Shown here: piece by piece, positions 48,401 to 58,811 of the stretch | How positions within the stretch are numbered: the stretch's first letter is position 1 | How the letters are laid out: each line of letters begins with the position of its first letter | NCBI GenBank assembly: GCA_038877255.1 | Contig: JAVYWZ010000001.1 | Span: 24,960 to 88,959, forward strand | Origin: Candidatus Micrarchaeaceae archaeon | GTDB lineage: Archaea > Micrarchaeota > Micrarchaeia > Micrarchaeales > CABMGC01 | DNA length: 64,000 bases | Reading direction: 5' to 3' | The notes under the pieces: generated by a model | Seen by the model: only the letters and a program-made list of their open reading frames with translations | What the model was told of the DNA's origin: nothing | Database searches by the model: none | Made by a program: the position numbers and the translations under genes

Positions 48401-51241
48401 ATGGCAACTCTAAATTTTGGCGAAATAGAAAAGAGATGGCAGAAGGCATGGGCCGAAGCAAAATTGTTTGAAGCAGAGCCCAATGACAAGAAGCCATTCA
48501 TGGTTTATGCAGCGTTTCCTTATGTGAACACGCCTTTGCACATAGGTCACTTGCGCACTTATGGAATTGCGGACATGCTCGCAAGGTACAAGCGCATGCG
48601 CGGTTACAACGTGCTTTTTCCAATGGGCTTTCATGCTACCGGAACGCCTGTTCTTGCCTTTGCAAAGCGCATAAAGAACAACGACCAGGAGATAATAGAC
48701 GAACTGAAACTGTTCCACATTCCCGATTCTGAAATCGCAAAAATGTCTGATCCAGAGTATATTGCCGCCTATTTCGTAAAATACGACGAGGAAAACTTCA
48801 TGAGGGCAGGCCTCAGCATAGACTTTAGAAGGAAGTTTGTATCAACAGAGCCCTTCTTCAGCAGGTTTGTTGCGTGGCAGTTCGGCATACTTAACAGCAA
48901 GCATCTGCTTGTGCAGGGAAGGCATCCCGTGGGCTGGTGCCCAAACGAAAACAATCCTGTGGGCATGCACGACACAAAGCACGATGTTGAGCCTGAAATA
49001 GAAGAAGAAACTGCTATTGCTTTCAAAGTAGAAGGCGAGAACACGTACGCGCTTTGCGCAACGTATAGGCCTGAAACGGTCTTCGGTGTTACTAACATAT
49101 TTGTCAACAGAGATTCAACATATGTGCTTTGCAGCATACAAGGCAGCGAAAAGCAATACTATATTTCTAAGGACAGCGCAGCAAACCTTAGCTACCAGAT
49201 GAAGATACAGGTGCTTAAAGAAATAAGCGGGAAAGAACTCATAGAGAAGACATGCATAAATCCTGTAACAAATTCCAAAATACCTATTTATAATGGCTAT
49301 TTTGTCAAGCCAGAGATTGGCACAGGCATTGTCATGAGCGTGCCTGCGCACGCTCCTTTTGATTATGTTGCCTTGGAACGGCTTAAGCGAGAAGGCATTC
49401 CTGTGCCAGAGCCTATAGCTGTATTGCGCATCGATTTTGACAGTGCCAAGAGCAGCAAGGTGAGCAATGCAAAGCCAGAACCGAGTGCACTTGCAGAGAC
49501 CTATTTGGCTATTTTGGGATTGAGCGCAAACGCGAGCGAAGAAGAGATAGAAGAGGCAACAAAATTAGAGTATAAGGAAGAGTCAAGGTACGGCATAATG
49601 ACAGTAGAGGGCTACGAAGGCATGCCAGAGCCAGAAGCAAGGGAAAAGGTAAGGTCAAAGCTCATAAGCGATGGAAATGCAATAAAGATTTACAGCCTTT
49701 CCAATGCCCCTGTGTTTTGCAGATGCGGCGCCGCAATAGTGGTAAAGGTTGTAGACGACCAGTGGTTCTTAAATTATGGCGATGAGCAGTGGAAGCAGCA
49801 GGTTAGAGAACATATTAAGAGCATGCGGCTCATGCCTGAGGAAAGCGCAGCTGCCTTTGCCTATGCCGTCGACTGGCTGAATCTAAGGGCAGTAGCAAGA
49901 ACGCAGGGATTGGGCACAAGGTTTCCGTTAGACAACAGGTACATAATAGAGTCCCTTTCTGACTCCACAATATACCCTGCTTTCTATACTGTTTCGCATA
50001 TGCTGCGGCGCGTTCAGGAATCTTCACTTAAGCCAGAGCTGTTTGATTTTGTGTTCCTTGGGAAAGGCTCTGCAGACGAGGTCTCAAAAAGCACCGGCGT
50101 TGACTATGAGCTTTTGCGCAAGTGCAGTGAGTCTTTTGAATACTGGTACACAAACACTTCAAACCATTCAGCAGTAGAGCTTATTCCAAACCATCTTACA
50201 ATGTACATATTCAACCACATTGCAGTGTTTGACGAGAAATACTGGCCAAAGCAGATTGTAACTAACGGGATGCTGCTCAGCGAAGGCGAAAAAATGAGTA
50301 AAAGCCTTGGCAATATAGTGCCTCTTACAGACGGCGCCGAGGAGTTCGGTATCGACCCATTGCGCATGAACCTTGTGGCAGGAACAGATCTTTACAGTGA
50401 CGCAAACTTCTCAGTTGCTACAATTCGCGGCATACAGGAAAGGCTAAGTTATTTGCATGAGACTCTGCTTAATTCAGATGCACTTGAATCAGGCGCGCTC
50501 AAGCAGATAGACTACTGGCTTTATTCAAAGCTCAGCAGGAAAATAAGCATGGCAACAGACGCTATGGAAAGGCTCGAGCCCAGAGAGGCATACATGCACA
50601 TATTTTACAACAGCATTCTGGAGCTAAGGCGCTATTTTGCCAGGGGCGGAGACAATAGCATAGTCGTAAAGGAATTCATAGCCAACGTAGCGCTAATGCT
50701 GCAGCCTGTTGTGCCGCACATTGCAGAAGAGCTATGGCACTTGCTAGGCAACCAAACCTTTGTGTCTATGGAGAAATGGCCTGAGGCGAAGGCAAACCTC
50801 GTAAACGCAGACATTGAGGAGCTTGAAGACGCAATAGACACAACGCTGAATGACGCAAAAGAGGTTTTGGCTTTGATTGCAAAGAAAACAGGCAAGGCTG
50901 CAAAGGGCATGCGCATAATAATTGCAGAAGACTGGAAACGATCTCTTTACAATGTGCTGGCTCAAACAAACGACAAAGCCAAGACCCTTGAAGCCGCAAA
51001 GGGCAGCAATGTTGACAGTGGCACAGCAGAAAAATACATAGAGCAGATTTCAAAGAAGCATGAAGTATTAACACCAATCAACATTTCCAAAGCCGACGAG
51101 CTCGCCGCATTCAACGACGCAAAATCCTATATTAGCAATGCTCTTGGTTGTGAAATAAGCATAGAAGCAGAATCGGAGTCGAAGTCTGCGCGTGCTTCGC
51201 GCGCACTGCCGCTAAAGCCTAGTCTAGATGTACTACAATAA
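48401..51241 (+). CDS. leuS: Leucyl-tRNA synthetase (archaeal type)
   Basis: PYVN..LHIGH, ATYRPET, GTGIVMSVPAHAPFD, IESLSDSTIY, KMSKS. Confidence 0.97.
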   Translation: MATLNFGEIEKRWQKAWAEAKLFEAEPNDKKPFMVYAAFPYVNTPLHIGHLRTYGIADMLARYKRMRGYNVLFPMGFHATGTPVLAFAKRIKNNDQEIIDELKLFHIPDSEIAKMSDPEYIAAYFVKYDEENFMRAGLSIDFRRKFVSTEPFFSRFVAWQFGILNSKHLLVQGRHPVGWCPNENNPVGMHDTKHDVEPEIEEETAIAFKVEGENTYALCATYRPETVFGVTNIFVNRDSTYVLCSIQGSEKQYYISKDSAANLSYQMKIQVLKEISGKELIEKTCINPVTNSKIPIYNGYFVKPEIGTGIVMSVPAHAPFDYVALERLKREGIPVPEPIAVLRIDFDSAKSSKVSNAKPEPSALAETYLAILGLSANASEEEIEEATKLEYKEESRYGIMTVEGYEGMPEPEAREKVRSKLISDGNAIKIYSLSNAPVFCRCGAAIVVKVVDDQWFLNYGDEQWKQQVREHIKSMRLMPEESAAAFAYAVDWLNLRAVARTQGLGTRFPLDNRYIIESLSDSTIYPAFYTVSHMLRRVQESSLKPELFDFVFLGKGSADEVSKSTGVDYELLRKCSESFEYWYTNTSNHSAVELIPNHLTMYIFNHIAVFDEKYWPKQIVTNGMLLSEGEKMSKSLGNIVPLTDGAEEFGIDPLRMNLVAGTDLYSDANFSVATIRGIQERLSYLHETLLNSDALESGALKQIDYWLYSKLSRKISMATDAMERLEPREAYMHIFYNSILELRRYFARGGDNSIVVKEFIANVALMLQPVVPHIAEELWHLLGNQTFVSMEKWPEAKANLVNADIEELEDAIDTTLNDAKEVLALIAKKTGKAAKGMRIIIAEDWKRSLYNVLAQTNDKAKTLEAAKGSNVDSGTAEKYIEQISKKHEVLTPINISKADELAAFNDAKSYISNALGCEISIEAESESKSARASRALPLKPSLDVLQ

Positions 51242-52291
51242 GCCTAAGCCAAATTCTGTCTGTTCTTCTTTCTTGCCGATCACCGAAGCTCCTGAAACAC
51301 CTGTAAAAATGGCAATTACCTCTACCTTGCCTTCATAAGTTTCATCGAGTCTTGCGCCCCAAGTTACATTGGCATTTGGTGCTATGTGCTCAGTTAGCTT
51401 TGTGCCTATGCTGTTTGCATCGCCAAGGGTAAGGTCAGGCCCTCCTATTATATGTATGAGAACGCCAGTCGCTTTCGAGTAATCAACGTCAAGCAGCTTA
51501 TTCTTCAGCGTGTTTTCTACAACCTCCTCAACCCTGTTCGACCCATGCCCTTCTCCAACGCTTATCATCGCCAAACCGCCAGCCGACATTATGCTGCGCA
51601 CGTCTGCAAAGTCGAGATTTATCAGGCTTGGCTGTGTTATTGTTTCTGATATGCCCCTGACTGCTTTTGCGGCAATCTCATCAGCGAGCATAAATGTCTT
51701 TTCTATCGGTAAATTCGGATAAAGCTCTACGAGCCGCTGATTATCTATTATTACAAGCGTATCGAGGTTTTGCCTTAACTTTTCAACGCCCTTCTTTGCA
51801 GCTTCAAGCCTCACGCGCTCAAGCAAGAACGGCATTGTAACTATGCCTATCACTATTGCTCCTGCTTCTTTCGCAGCCCTTGCCACAACAGATGCAGCGC
51901 CTGTGCCTGTGCCTCCGCCCATGCCCGCTGTAAGAAACACGAGGTTTGCGTCCTTGATAAGCAATGCGATTTCGTTCCTGCTAAGCTCTGCAGCCTTTTC
52001 ACCTATTTCTGGAAAACCGCCAGCTCCAAGCCCGTGTGTAAGCTCCTTGCCAAGGATTAGTTTTGTTATGTTGTTGTTGAGCATGCCCAAATGTTTTGCG
52101 TCGGTATTGAAGGCATATAGGCTAGCGCCTTTTATGTCCATTGTGCTTAGCCTCTGAACTGTGTTGTTGCCTCCTCCGCCAACGCCCACTACTGCAATAC
52201 GAGGCTTGAAAAGCTCTTCTGCGTTTGTAAGGTCGTTGTTTTGGTCGATTGCAGAAGCATCAGAGCCTAAACCATACATAGAATCAAACAT
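51233..52291 (-). CDS. ftsZ: Cell division protein FtsZ
   Basis: GVGGGGNN, NTD, GMGGGTGTG, INLDFAD. Confidence 0.97.
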   Translation of the reverse strand: MFDSMYGLGSDASAIDQNNDLTNAEELFKPRIAVVGVGGGGNNTVQRLSTMDIKGASLYAFNTDAKHLGMLNNNITKLILGKELTHGLGAGGFPEIGEKAAELSRNEIALLIKDANLVFLTAGMGGGTGTGAASVVARAAKEAGAIVIGIVTMPFLLERVRLEAAKKGVEKLRQNLDTLVIIDNQRLVELYPNLPIEKTFMLADEIAAKAVRGISETITQPSLINLDFADVRSIMSAGGLAMISVGEGHGSNRVEEVVENTLKNKLLDVDYSKATGVLIHIIGGPDLTLGDANSIGTKLTEHIAPNANVTWGARLDETYEGKVEVIAIFTGVSGASVIGKKEEQTEFGLGLL

Positions 52292-52416
52292 AATACAAGC
52301 AACAAAAATAAAAGACTTTTTATCTTGTGCTTTATCTACTGAGCACGAACTGGCTGCTTGCCTGCGTAAATGCAATATAATTTTGACAATGGAGCCCACG
52401 TCATTTACAGTAGAGT

Positions 52417-53007
52417 TTACAGGAGGTCGTTATACATTGTATTATTGAATTCGTATGCGGTAACGCCGCTGCTTGCATTTAATCCTATGCTTTTTACAAG
52501 CTCCTCCTTGCTCTCAAAAGTCGAGGCGCCGTTTTGCAGGTCAAAATAAATAAGCTTGTCGTTAAATTCGCAGTATACGCCAGCGCGCATTGCAGAATCT
52601 CTTGTTGCCACTATGATTTTTGAAGAGACGTTGCCAAGTGCTATCATGATGCTACACAGTAGTGTTGCTTTATCTAGAATGTCGCCAGCTTGCGCAGCCA
52701 GCGTTTCGCTGGGCTTTAGCCAAAACTGCACAGGCAGCAAAACAGTAGTTATGCTATCTCTTACATACTCATGCGCATATCTTGCTGCGTCAGCAAAGTT
52801 GTTTTCAAAAGAGTAGTTGTCAAAGTTTGCTTTTATGTTGTTTGCAAAAGCAAAAATTGCCGGATCGTCAGGCGTTACAAGTGTAGGTAATTTTGCAACA
52901 CTTGTGCTTTCCTCTTGCTCTATGTATTCCTTATAACGCATTATTACTGTTAAATAGACGTTGACCATTCGTTTGAGTTCCTCCGTCTTGTTTTTTCGTT
53001 CTGCCAC
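52417..53007 (-). CDS. Transglutaminase-like protein, probably inactive
   Basis: FWLKPSETL...GDILDKATLLCS matches the W..P.ETL....GDCED.A.L motif with Cys replaced by Ile. Confidence 0.6.
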   Translation of the reverse strand: MAERKNKTEELKRMVNVYLTVIMRYKEYIEQEESTSVAKLPTLVTPDDPAIFAFANNIKANFDNYSFENNFADAARYAHEYVRDSITTVLLPVQFWLKPSETLAAQAGDILDKATLLCSIMIALGNVSSKIIVATRDSAMRAGVYCEFNDKLIYFDLQNGASTFESKEELVKSIGLNASSGVTAYEFNNTMYNDLL

Positions 53008-53103
53008 GATATAATTGCACTGTAAGGATTAAATACATAGTAGAGTAGGCCAATCTGGGCTTCTTTTGATTGCTCCTTTTTGAGTTATGCAGCAGCATCG
53101 ATG

Positions 53104-53178
53104 CGGGCATGACGGGATTTGAACCCGCAACCACCCGGTCCGAAGCCGGGCGCGCTGTCCAAGTTGCGCCACATGCCC
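53104..53178 (-). tRNA. tRNA-Arg(UCG)
   Basis: Acceptor GGGCATG/CATGCCC-G, anticodon arm CCCGG-CT TCG GA-CCGGG, T loop TTCAAAT. Confidence 0.95.
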
Positions 53179-53244
53179 AGTAATACTTCTTGCTTGCAAA
53201 TATAAACCATTGCCTTTTCAAAATTAGAACTAAATTAGAATGGC

Positions 53245-53664
53245 TCAGGCTTCTTCCTCTTTTTCAATAGGCTCCATTCCGTTTGCAAACTCCTCCTTGA
53301 GCTTTGGCAGAAGTTCCTGATAGCGCTTGCGCTCTTCTGGGCTTAGCGGCATAGACAGTAGCAAAGTGGAAAACATGCTTTCGCTTATCTGCGAGGTTAT
53401 GACTTCATGCATCTCGTCTTCGCTTATGTCTTTCCAATTTTCATTTATTGCGTTCTTAGCCTCGCCTGCGATAGCCTCCTTGTCAAGCACATCTCCATGC
53501 AGGAATCTATAAACATGCCACGAATGATTAGATGAGAGCAGCGCAAATAGCCTGGCCTTTTCTATCGTCTCTAAGTCTTGTTTGCTCCATTCCTTCTTCT
53601 TCTTGACTTTCTGAATTTCAGAAGAAAATAGGGCGTATTTGTTCAATACGGACCTATTAGGCAT
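53245..53664 (-). CDS. Hypothetical protein
   Basis: 139-aa ORF with host-like codon usage and an upstream TATA-like TTTAAATA; no motif recognised. Confidence 0.6.
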   Translation of the reverse strand: MPNRSVLNKYALFSSEIQKVKKKKEWSKQDLETIEKARLFALLSSNHSWHVYRFLHGDVLDKEAIAGEAKNAINENWKDISEDEMHEVITSQISESMFSTLLLSMPLSPEERKRYQELLPKLKEEFANGMEPIEKEEEA

Positions 53665-53785
53665 ATAACCATGTTACATATATGCATTGCAATATTTAAA
53701 TATTTGACCTTATCTGCCATGTGCTTTTTGGTTTCTGGCGCGCCATGCTCATATATATTTATTAAAGCGATTACAATTAGATTCT

Positions 53786-54907
53786 ATGGCCGAAGAATTC
53801 AAGGTAACGCCTTACGAAGTAGAAGGCACACTAAACTATGACAAGCTTGTCAAGGAATTTGGCATAACGCCTATAAGCAGCGAACTTCTTGATAGGCTCA
53901 GGAGGCTTGCTGGCGGCGAGCTCCACTTTCTGCTGAGGCGCGGCATTTTCTTTGCGCACAGGGATCTTGGCTGGCTTCTTGACGAGTACGAGAAAGGAAA
54001 CAAGTTTTACGTATATACTGGCATTGCGCCATCAGGCCACATGACCATAGGGCATTTGGTCCCTTTCATGCTGACAAAGTGGCTTCAGGAGAGGTTTGGC
54101 GCCGAAGTATATATACAAATACCTGACGAAGAGAAGGCGCTAATACGCGACAAGAGCTTCGAAGAGGTTCATGGCCTTGCATATGATGACGCGCTCGAAA
54201 TAGCAGCATTGGGATTTGATCCGAAGAAGACAAAGATTTTTCTTGATACTGAGTACGCAGGTACGCTTTACAAATACGCAGTGAGAATAGCAAAGCACAT
54301 AACATTTTCAATGATAAAAGACGCTTTCGGCTTTACTAGCCAGAACAACGTCGGGAGCATATTTTATACGAGCATGCAGGCAGTGCCAGCTATGCTCAAG
54401 TCAGCAGAAGAAGGCAAGAATGTTCCATGCTTGATACCTCTGGGCGTTGACCAAGATGTTCATTTTAGGATAGCGCGTGACGTGCTTCCAAAGCTAGGCT
54501 ATTACAAGCCGGCAATACTGCATTCCAAATTCCTTCCAGGGCTTAGCGGCGCGCCTAAGATGTCAGCAAGCAATCCAAACGATACAATCTATTTGTCAGA
54601 CTCTAAGGAAACAATAAGAAAGAAGGTTATGAACGCATTTACAGGCCAGCAATCAACTGCAGCGCTGCAGCGCAAGTATGGCGGCAATCCAGACATTTGC
54701 TCCATATGCCAGTACAATAAATTCTTGTTTGAGCCTGATGACAAAAAGCTCGAGGCAATTTTTGAGGGGGAACGCAGCGGCACCCTGCTTGCTGGAGAGC
54801 ACAAGGAAGACCTTGTTAAAAAGGTAATAAAATTTGTAGAAGAGCACAACAGAAGCAAAGAAAGGATTAAAGACAGGCTTGGCGAATTTATATTAAAAAG
54901 CAGGTGA
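53786..54907 (+). CDS. trpS: Tryptophanyl-tRNA synthetase
   Basis: VTPYEV, YTGIAPSG.MTIGH, DQDVHFR, KMSAS. Confidence 0.96.
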   Translation: MAEEFKVTPYEVEGTLNYDKLVKEFGITPISSELLDRLRRLAGGELHFLLRRGIFFAHRDLGWLLDEYEKGNKFYVYTGIAPSGHMTIGHLVPFMLTKWLQERFGAEVYIQIPDEEKALIRDKSFEEVHGLAYDDALEIAALGFDPKKTKIFLDTEYAGTLYKYAVRIAKHITFSMIKDAFGFTSQNNVGSIFYTSMQAVPAMLKSAEEGKNVPCLIPLGVDQDVHFRIARDVLPKLGYYKPAILHSKFLPGLSGAPKMSASNPNDTIYLSDSKETIRKKVMNAFTGQQSTAALQRKYGGNPDICSICQYNKFLFEPDDKKLEAIFEGERSGTLLAGEHKEDLVKKVIKFVEEHNRSKERIKDRLGEFILKSR

Positions 54908-54911
54908 TTGC

Positions 54912-55439
54912 TTGCAAGCAGTTGTGGACAAACGCGGCGTTGGGAAATTAAAAAAAGAGATTGCGCAAGGCATAAGAAGAGGCGAAGCTGTAGCCGCTAC
55001 TAAAAGGTCTTTTGCATGTTACGTCTTCAATGGCGACGAAATGTTAATGCTTAAAACCTCAGATAATAAGTGGCGTGCCGTATGCGATGAGATAGCTGCT
55101 GGCGAGAGCCCTGAGCAAGCAGCAGTAAGAAAGGTGTACGAACTAACTGGCATTGTGATCGATTCGCTTACGCTTATGGGCGAGCTTTTCATCGTTTACG
55201 AGCAGAACAGCGATGCAAACAGGCTTGTGTTCGTGCTTTATTCAAGAGAATTCTCGGGAAGCAAAAAAGAGTCAGAAAACATTGCATGGGTTAGCAAGCA
55301 GGAAGCGTTTGAAAGGCATGACAAAACCGATAAGCTGTGGCTGCCTTTGCTCCTCAGTGAGAAGCGGTTCCGCGGAGAGTTTTACTTTGATTCGCCAAGC
55401 AGCAATAAACTGATAAAATATAAGATAGAAAAGCAATGA
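54912..55439 (+). CDS. NUDIX (MutT-like) protein with degenerate Nudix box
   Basis: GESPEQAAVRKVYELTG; FSG, D.LWLP.LL..KRF.GEF.F. Confidence 0.7.
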   Translation: MQAVVDKRGVGKLKKEIAQGIRRGEAVAATKRSFACYVFNGDEMLMLKTSDNKWRAVCDEIAAGESPEQAAVRKVYELTGIVIDSLTLMGELFIVYEQNSDANRLVFVLYSREFSGSKKESENIAWVSKQEAFERHDKTDKLWLPLLLSEKRFRGEFYFDSPSSNKLIKYKIEKQ

Positions 55440-55555
55440 CGATGTGCGGTGTATGAGCACCAATAGCATGTAAATCTTTCTGCTCGCTCTGCCAAAATAC
55501 AACATGCAGGTCAAAGTACTCATATATTTTTATTACCTTATGACATAGTAACCTC

Positions 55556-56530
55556 ATGATAGTTGTAGGTATAGAGAGCAGTGCGCACACATTTGGAGTT
55601 GGGATTTTCGATACTGCAAAACAAAAAATACTTGCGAACGAGAAGGAAATGTACAAGATAGGAAGCAAGGGCATTATTCCTGCAAAGGTGTCTGAATTCC
55701 ATGCCAAGAACGCAGCAAAGGTAATAAGCAGGGCTTTGCAGAACGCACACGTAGAACTTGGTGACATAGACTGCATAGGCTATACAAAAGGGCCAGGCAT
55801 TGGCACATGCTTGCAGATAGGCATGCTTTCAGCAAAAACGCTTGCTTACAAGCTTGGCGTGCCGCTTGTTCCTGTAAACCACGCAGTAGCCCATGTTGAA
55901 ATAGCAAAATTCTTCGCAAAGCTTAAAGATCCTCTATCAGTTTATGTCAGCGGCGGCAACTCCCAAATACTAAAACTTTCAGGCTCTCATTACGCTGTAC
56001 TTGGCGAGACGTTCGACATAGGCGTTGGCAATATGCTTGACAATTTCGCGCGCGCTGCGCGTTTAAAGCCGGCATGGGGCTCTACTGTCGCAAAACTCGC
56101 CGAACGAGGCAATTACATAGAGATGCCTTATACAGTGAAGGGCATGGACTTTACCTTCACCGGCCTACTTACCTATGCTAGAAAACAGATAGGCAATGCG
56201 CCAATTGAGGATATTTGCTATTCTTTGCAGGAAACGGCATTTTCTATGATCTGCGAAGCAGCAGAACGAGCCTTGTTGCTAACTAAGAGCAAGGAGCTTT
56301 GTGTCTGCGGTGGTGTTGCCCAGAGTGAGAGGCTGAGGCAGATGCTTGGTCTGCTTGCGAAAGAACACGGCGCAAAGTTCGGCTATGCGCCAAACGAGTA
56401 TAATGCAGACAATGGGGCAATGATTGCATATGTTGCAGGCAAAGCAGCAGAGCACGGATATGCAGTGCCTGTAGAAAGCGCAAGCATAGAGCAGCGCTAC
56501 AGAATAGAGGATGCTATAGTATGGCAGTAA
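55556..56530 (+). CDS. kae1: KEOPS N6-threonylcarbamoyltransferase Kae1
   Basis: GIESSAH, GPG, VNHAVAHVE, YVSGGNSQ, GGVA, DNGAMIA. Confidence 0.96.
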   Translation: MIVVGIESSAHTFGVGIFDTAKQKILANEKEMYKIGSKGIIPAKVSEFHAKNAAKVISRALQNAHVELGDIDCIGYTKGPGIGTCLQIGMLSAKTLAYKLGVPLVPVNHAVAHVEIAKFFAKLKDPLSVYVSGGNSQILKLSGSHYAVLGETFDIGVGNMLDNFARAARLKPAWGSTVAKLAERGNYIEMPYTVKGMDFTFTGLLTYARKQIGNAPIEDICYSLQETAFSMICEAAERALLLTKSKELCVCGGVAQSERLRQMLGLLAKEHGAKFGYAPNEYNADNGAMIAYVAGKAAEHGYAVPVESASIEQRYRIEDAIVWQ

Positions 56531-57120
56531 AGCTTAGTGAAGGCGCCGAGGCCGTAATTTACGCAGTCCGTATTTTCGGCAAAAACCTTGTGGTGAAAGA
56601 GAGGAGAAGAAAAGCATACAGGGAAGAGGCGCTCGATCTGTATATAAGATCAAGTAGAACAAAAAAAGAGGCAAAACTGCTGCTCCTTGCGAGGTCTTCC
56701 GGTGCTGCAGTACCTGCTGTAGTGGCGTATGGAAAGTACAGCATATACATGCAAAAGCTTGAAGGCACGCTGTTGCGCGATATGTTGAAAGAAGCAGGGC
56801 TAGGACTCTTCGAGCTTGCAGGTAGGCAGCTTGCTGTGCTCCACAGAGCAGGCATAGCGCACGGCGACTTTACGCCTGCAAACCTGCTAGTAAGCAACGG
56901 AACCGTATTCGTAATAGACTTCGGACTTGCTTCTCTGTCTAAAGACGCCGAGGAGTTCGCATTAGATGTCTTGCTAATGAAAAGGTCGATAAGTAGCGAG
57001 CAATACGCAAGCTTTATTGCAGGCTATTCCGACTTTGAAAGAAGCGATGATGTGCTACGCAGGCTTAATGAAATAGAGCTCCGCGGCAGATACCAAAAGC
57101 GCACAGTTGCTAACGTTTAG
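56521..57120 (+). CDS. bud32: KEOPS kinase Bud32
   Basis: GAEA, K.R..K.YR, RTKKEA, HGDFTPAN, IDFGL, RGRY. Confidence 0.95.
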   Translation: MAVKLSEGAEAVIYAVRIFGKNLVVKERRRKAYREEALDLYIRSSRTKKEAKLLLLARSSGAAVPAVVAYGKYSIYMQKLEGTLLRDMLKEAGLGLFELAGRQLAVLHRAGIAHGDFTPANLLVSNGTVFVIDFGLASLSKDAEEFALDVLLMKRSISSEQYASFIAGYSDFERSDDVLRRLNEIELRGRYQKRTVANV

Positions 57121-57739
57121 ACACAGCTTGTACAACGCCTTTAGGCCTAGGCATTATAAGCAAGCCTTCTTCCTTGTTGCCAAGACCCGTGTAATTGCCT
57201 TCCAAATAGTACTTTCCAACAAGCGCGCATGTTACTGCATCTAACTCGTCCCCTGTAGCGCGAATGCCTATTCCTTTGGCTCCTATTCTTAGAAGCCCAC
57301 GCCTAAGTTTCTCGAGACCCTTTTGTTTCCTTGGTATACCAAGCAAATCCTGCGCACCTCCAGGAAAGCTCTCAATTACTTTGAAGCCGAGCCTTTCCAG
57401 CTTTTTCTTGAGCAGCATGCCTCTGCTTGTCAGCATGCGCATGGGACCCAGAGTAATTGGGAAGAACTTTATGTGCATGGCCATCAGCTCTAGGTCGCAT
57501 GACCTGAAATGCGGCCCGTGCCTGTCACTTATGCTGCGCCTGCCTTTCGGAATCGAAAGTGGTGCGTCTATGCTAACAACGTTTGGTTTTGGCTTGGTGG
57601 CCAGCAGCTCGCCAATTATCTCTGAGTTGCTGTAAAGCACCTTTGTAGTCACTTCGGAAACGTTTCCCTTGACAGAAAGCTTGCAAAAGCCTGTGGGCCT
57701 CAACTCACTGCCTGCAAGGTCCACTCCTATTATGAGCAT
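57110..57739 (-). CDS. DUF429 family (RNase H-like predicted nuclease)
   Basis: IGVDLAG, IDAPLS, R.CD, IESFP, DELDA. Confidence 0.85.
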   Translation of the reverse strand: MLIIGVDLAGSELRPTGFCKLSVKGNVSEVTTKVLYSNSEIIGELLATKPKPNVVSIDAPLSIPKGRRSISDRHGPHFRSCDLELMAMHIKFFPITLGPMRMLTSRGMLLKKKLERLGFKVIESFPGGAQDLLGIPRKQKGLEKLRRGLLRIGAKGIGIRATGDELDAVTCALVGKYYLEGNYTGLGNKEEGLLIMPRPKGVVQAVSKR

Positions 57740-57743
57740 AGCG

Positions 57744-57857
57744 TCAGAGCTTGCCTACTCTCCTCTTCTGTGCCCTTCGTATGCGCTTTCTTCTTTTCTT
57801 TACCCATTTCCAGCGCATGCGTCCTTTCTTTTTCCATTTTCTAGGTATGCTACCCAA
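57744..57857 (-). CDS. rpl41e: Ribosomal protein L41e (eL41/eS32), 37 aa, not in the ORF track
   Basis: TTG start after [42 protein letters not shown]. Confidence 0.9.
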   Translation of the reverse strand: MGSIPRKWKKKGRMRWKWVKKRRKRIRRAQKRRVGKL

Positions 57858-58052
57858 AATGTGCACCTTGAAAATTTATTATTTGACAAGCAAACATATT
57901 AGCAAACAAACATATTAATAAGTATAGATTTCTGGCTTTCATAGCGGACAAAACAAAACAACAGAACGCAACTGACTGACAAAAAGGCATATATAGCTTG
58001 CAATAAAACTATTACATTGTATGGCTGAAGCCAAAGCAAGCAAGGTAGTATT

Positions 58053-58805
58053 GTGCACAAAGGCATAATTGCATATATAATTATTTTCCTAATGCTTCTA
58101 ATTTTCGCCTTGTACATATATGAAACTTCAAAGGCGCCAATCATAAGGCCAAAGACCACAACAACGTCGCTGACAACAATTCCTTCAGGCAAGGTTTCAA
58201 ATACCTCTACCTCAGTAAGCACTACAATAAGTCCAATAGCGGTGTGCATATCTAGCTTGCAGACAGTGCCCATCTCTAACGGCAATTTTTCAACAGGCAC
58301 ATATGCTGATTGGAACGTAACGGGCTATGGCTTCGGCTCAGCCCCGCTAAATCTTACAAACGCAAATAAGCAAGGAGGCTATTACGCTGCGCCATGGAGC
58401 AATTTCGGAAACAACACGTTTGCAGCAACAACATTTCAAAAAGGCCTGGCAGTGCAGCCCGGCAACCTTACTTCAAATCCTTTCCTAGTTACTGAGCCAT
58501 TCCTCAACTTTAAGGTAATTTCTTCGCAGAACGATAACATATATATTGAAATACTTCAGGCGGGAAAGCCGAGGATTATTGTGCACTATAACACCTACGC
58601 TGCGCCAGGCAACATCAACGCGGAGTCTACATTTGAAAACGCCAGCATACCGCTCAGCACGCTCGCGTGCAAGAATGTGAGCATAAGGCTTGTATTCATA
58701 GCTACTGGCACAAGCACCACTAACTATCTCGCTGCTACTGACTTTTATCTTAGCAAAACTCCTGTGTCTACGCCAGGCATTGTAATCAATCAGACTTTCA
58801 CATGA
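58053..58805 (+). CDS. Membrane-anchored secreted protein (Ser/Thr linker, beta-sandwich-like domain)
   Basis: N-terminal TM, TTTTS linker, NGNFSTG...W motif, many N-x-S/T sequons. Confidence 0.7.
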   Translation: MHKGIIAYIIIFLMLLIFALYIYETSKAPIIRPKTTTTSLTTIPSGKVSNTSTSVSTTISPIAVCISSLQTVPISNGNFSTGTYADWNVTGYGFGSAPLNLTNANKQGGYYAAPWSNFGNNTFAATTFQKGLAVQPGNLTSNPFLVTEPFLNFKVISSQNDNIYIEILQAGKPRIIVHYNTYAAPGNINAESTFENASIPLSTLACKNVSIRLVFIATGTSTTNYLAATDFYLSKTPVSTPGIVINQTFT

Positions 58806-58811
58806 TGAGGA

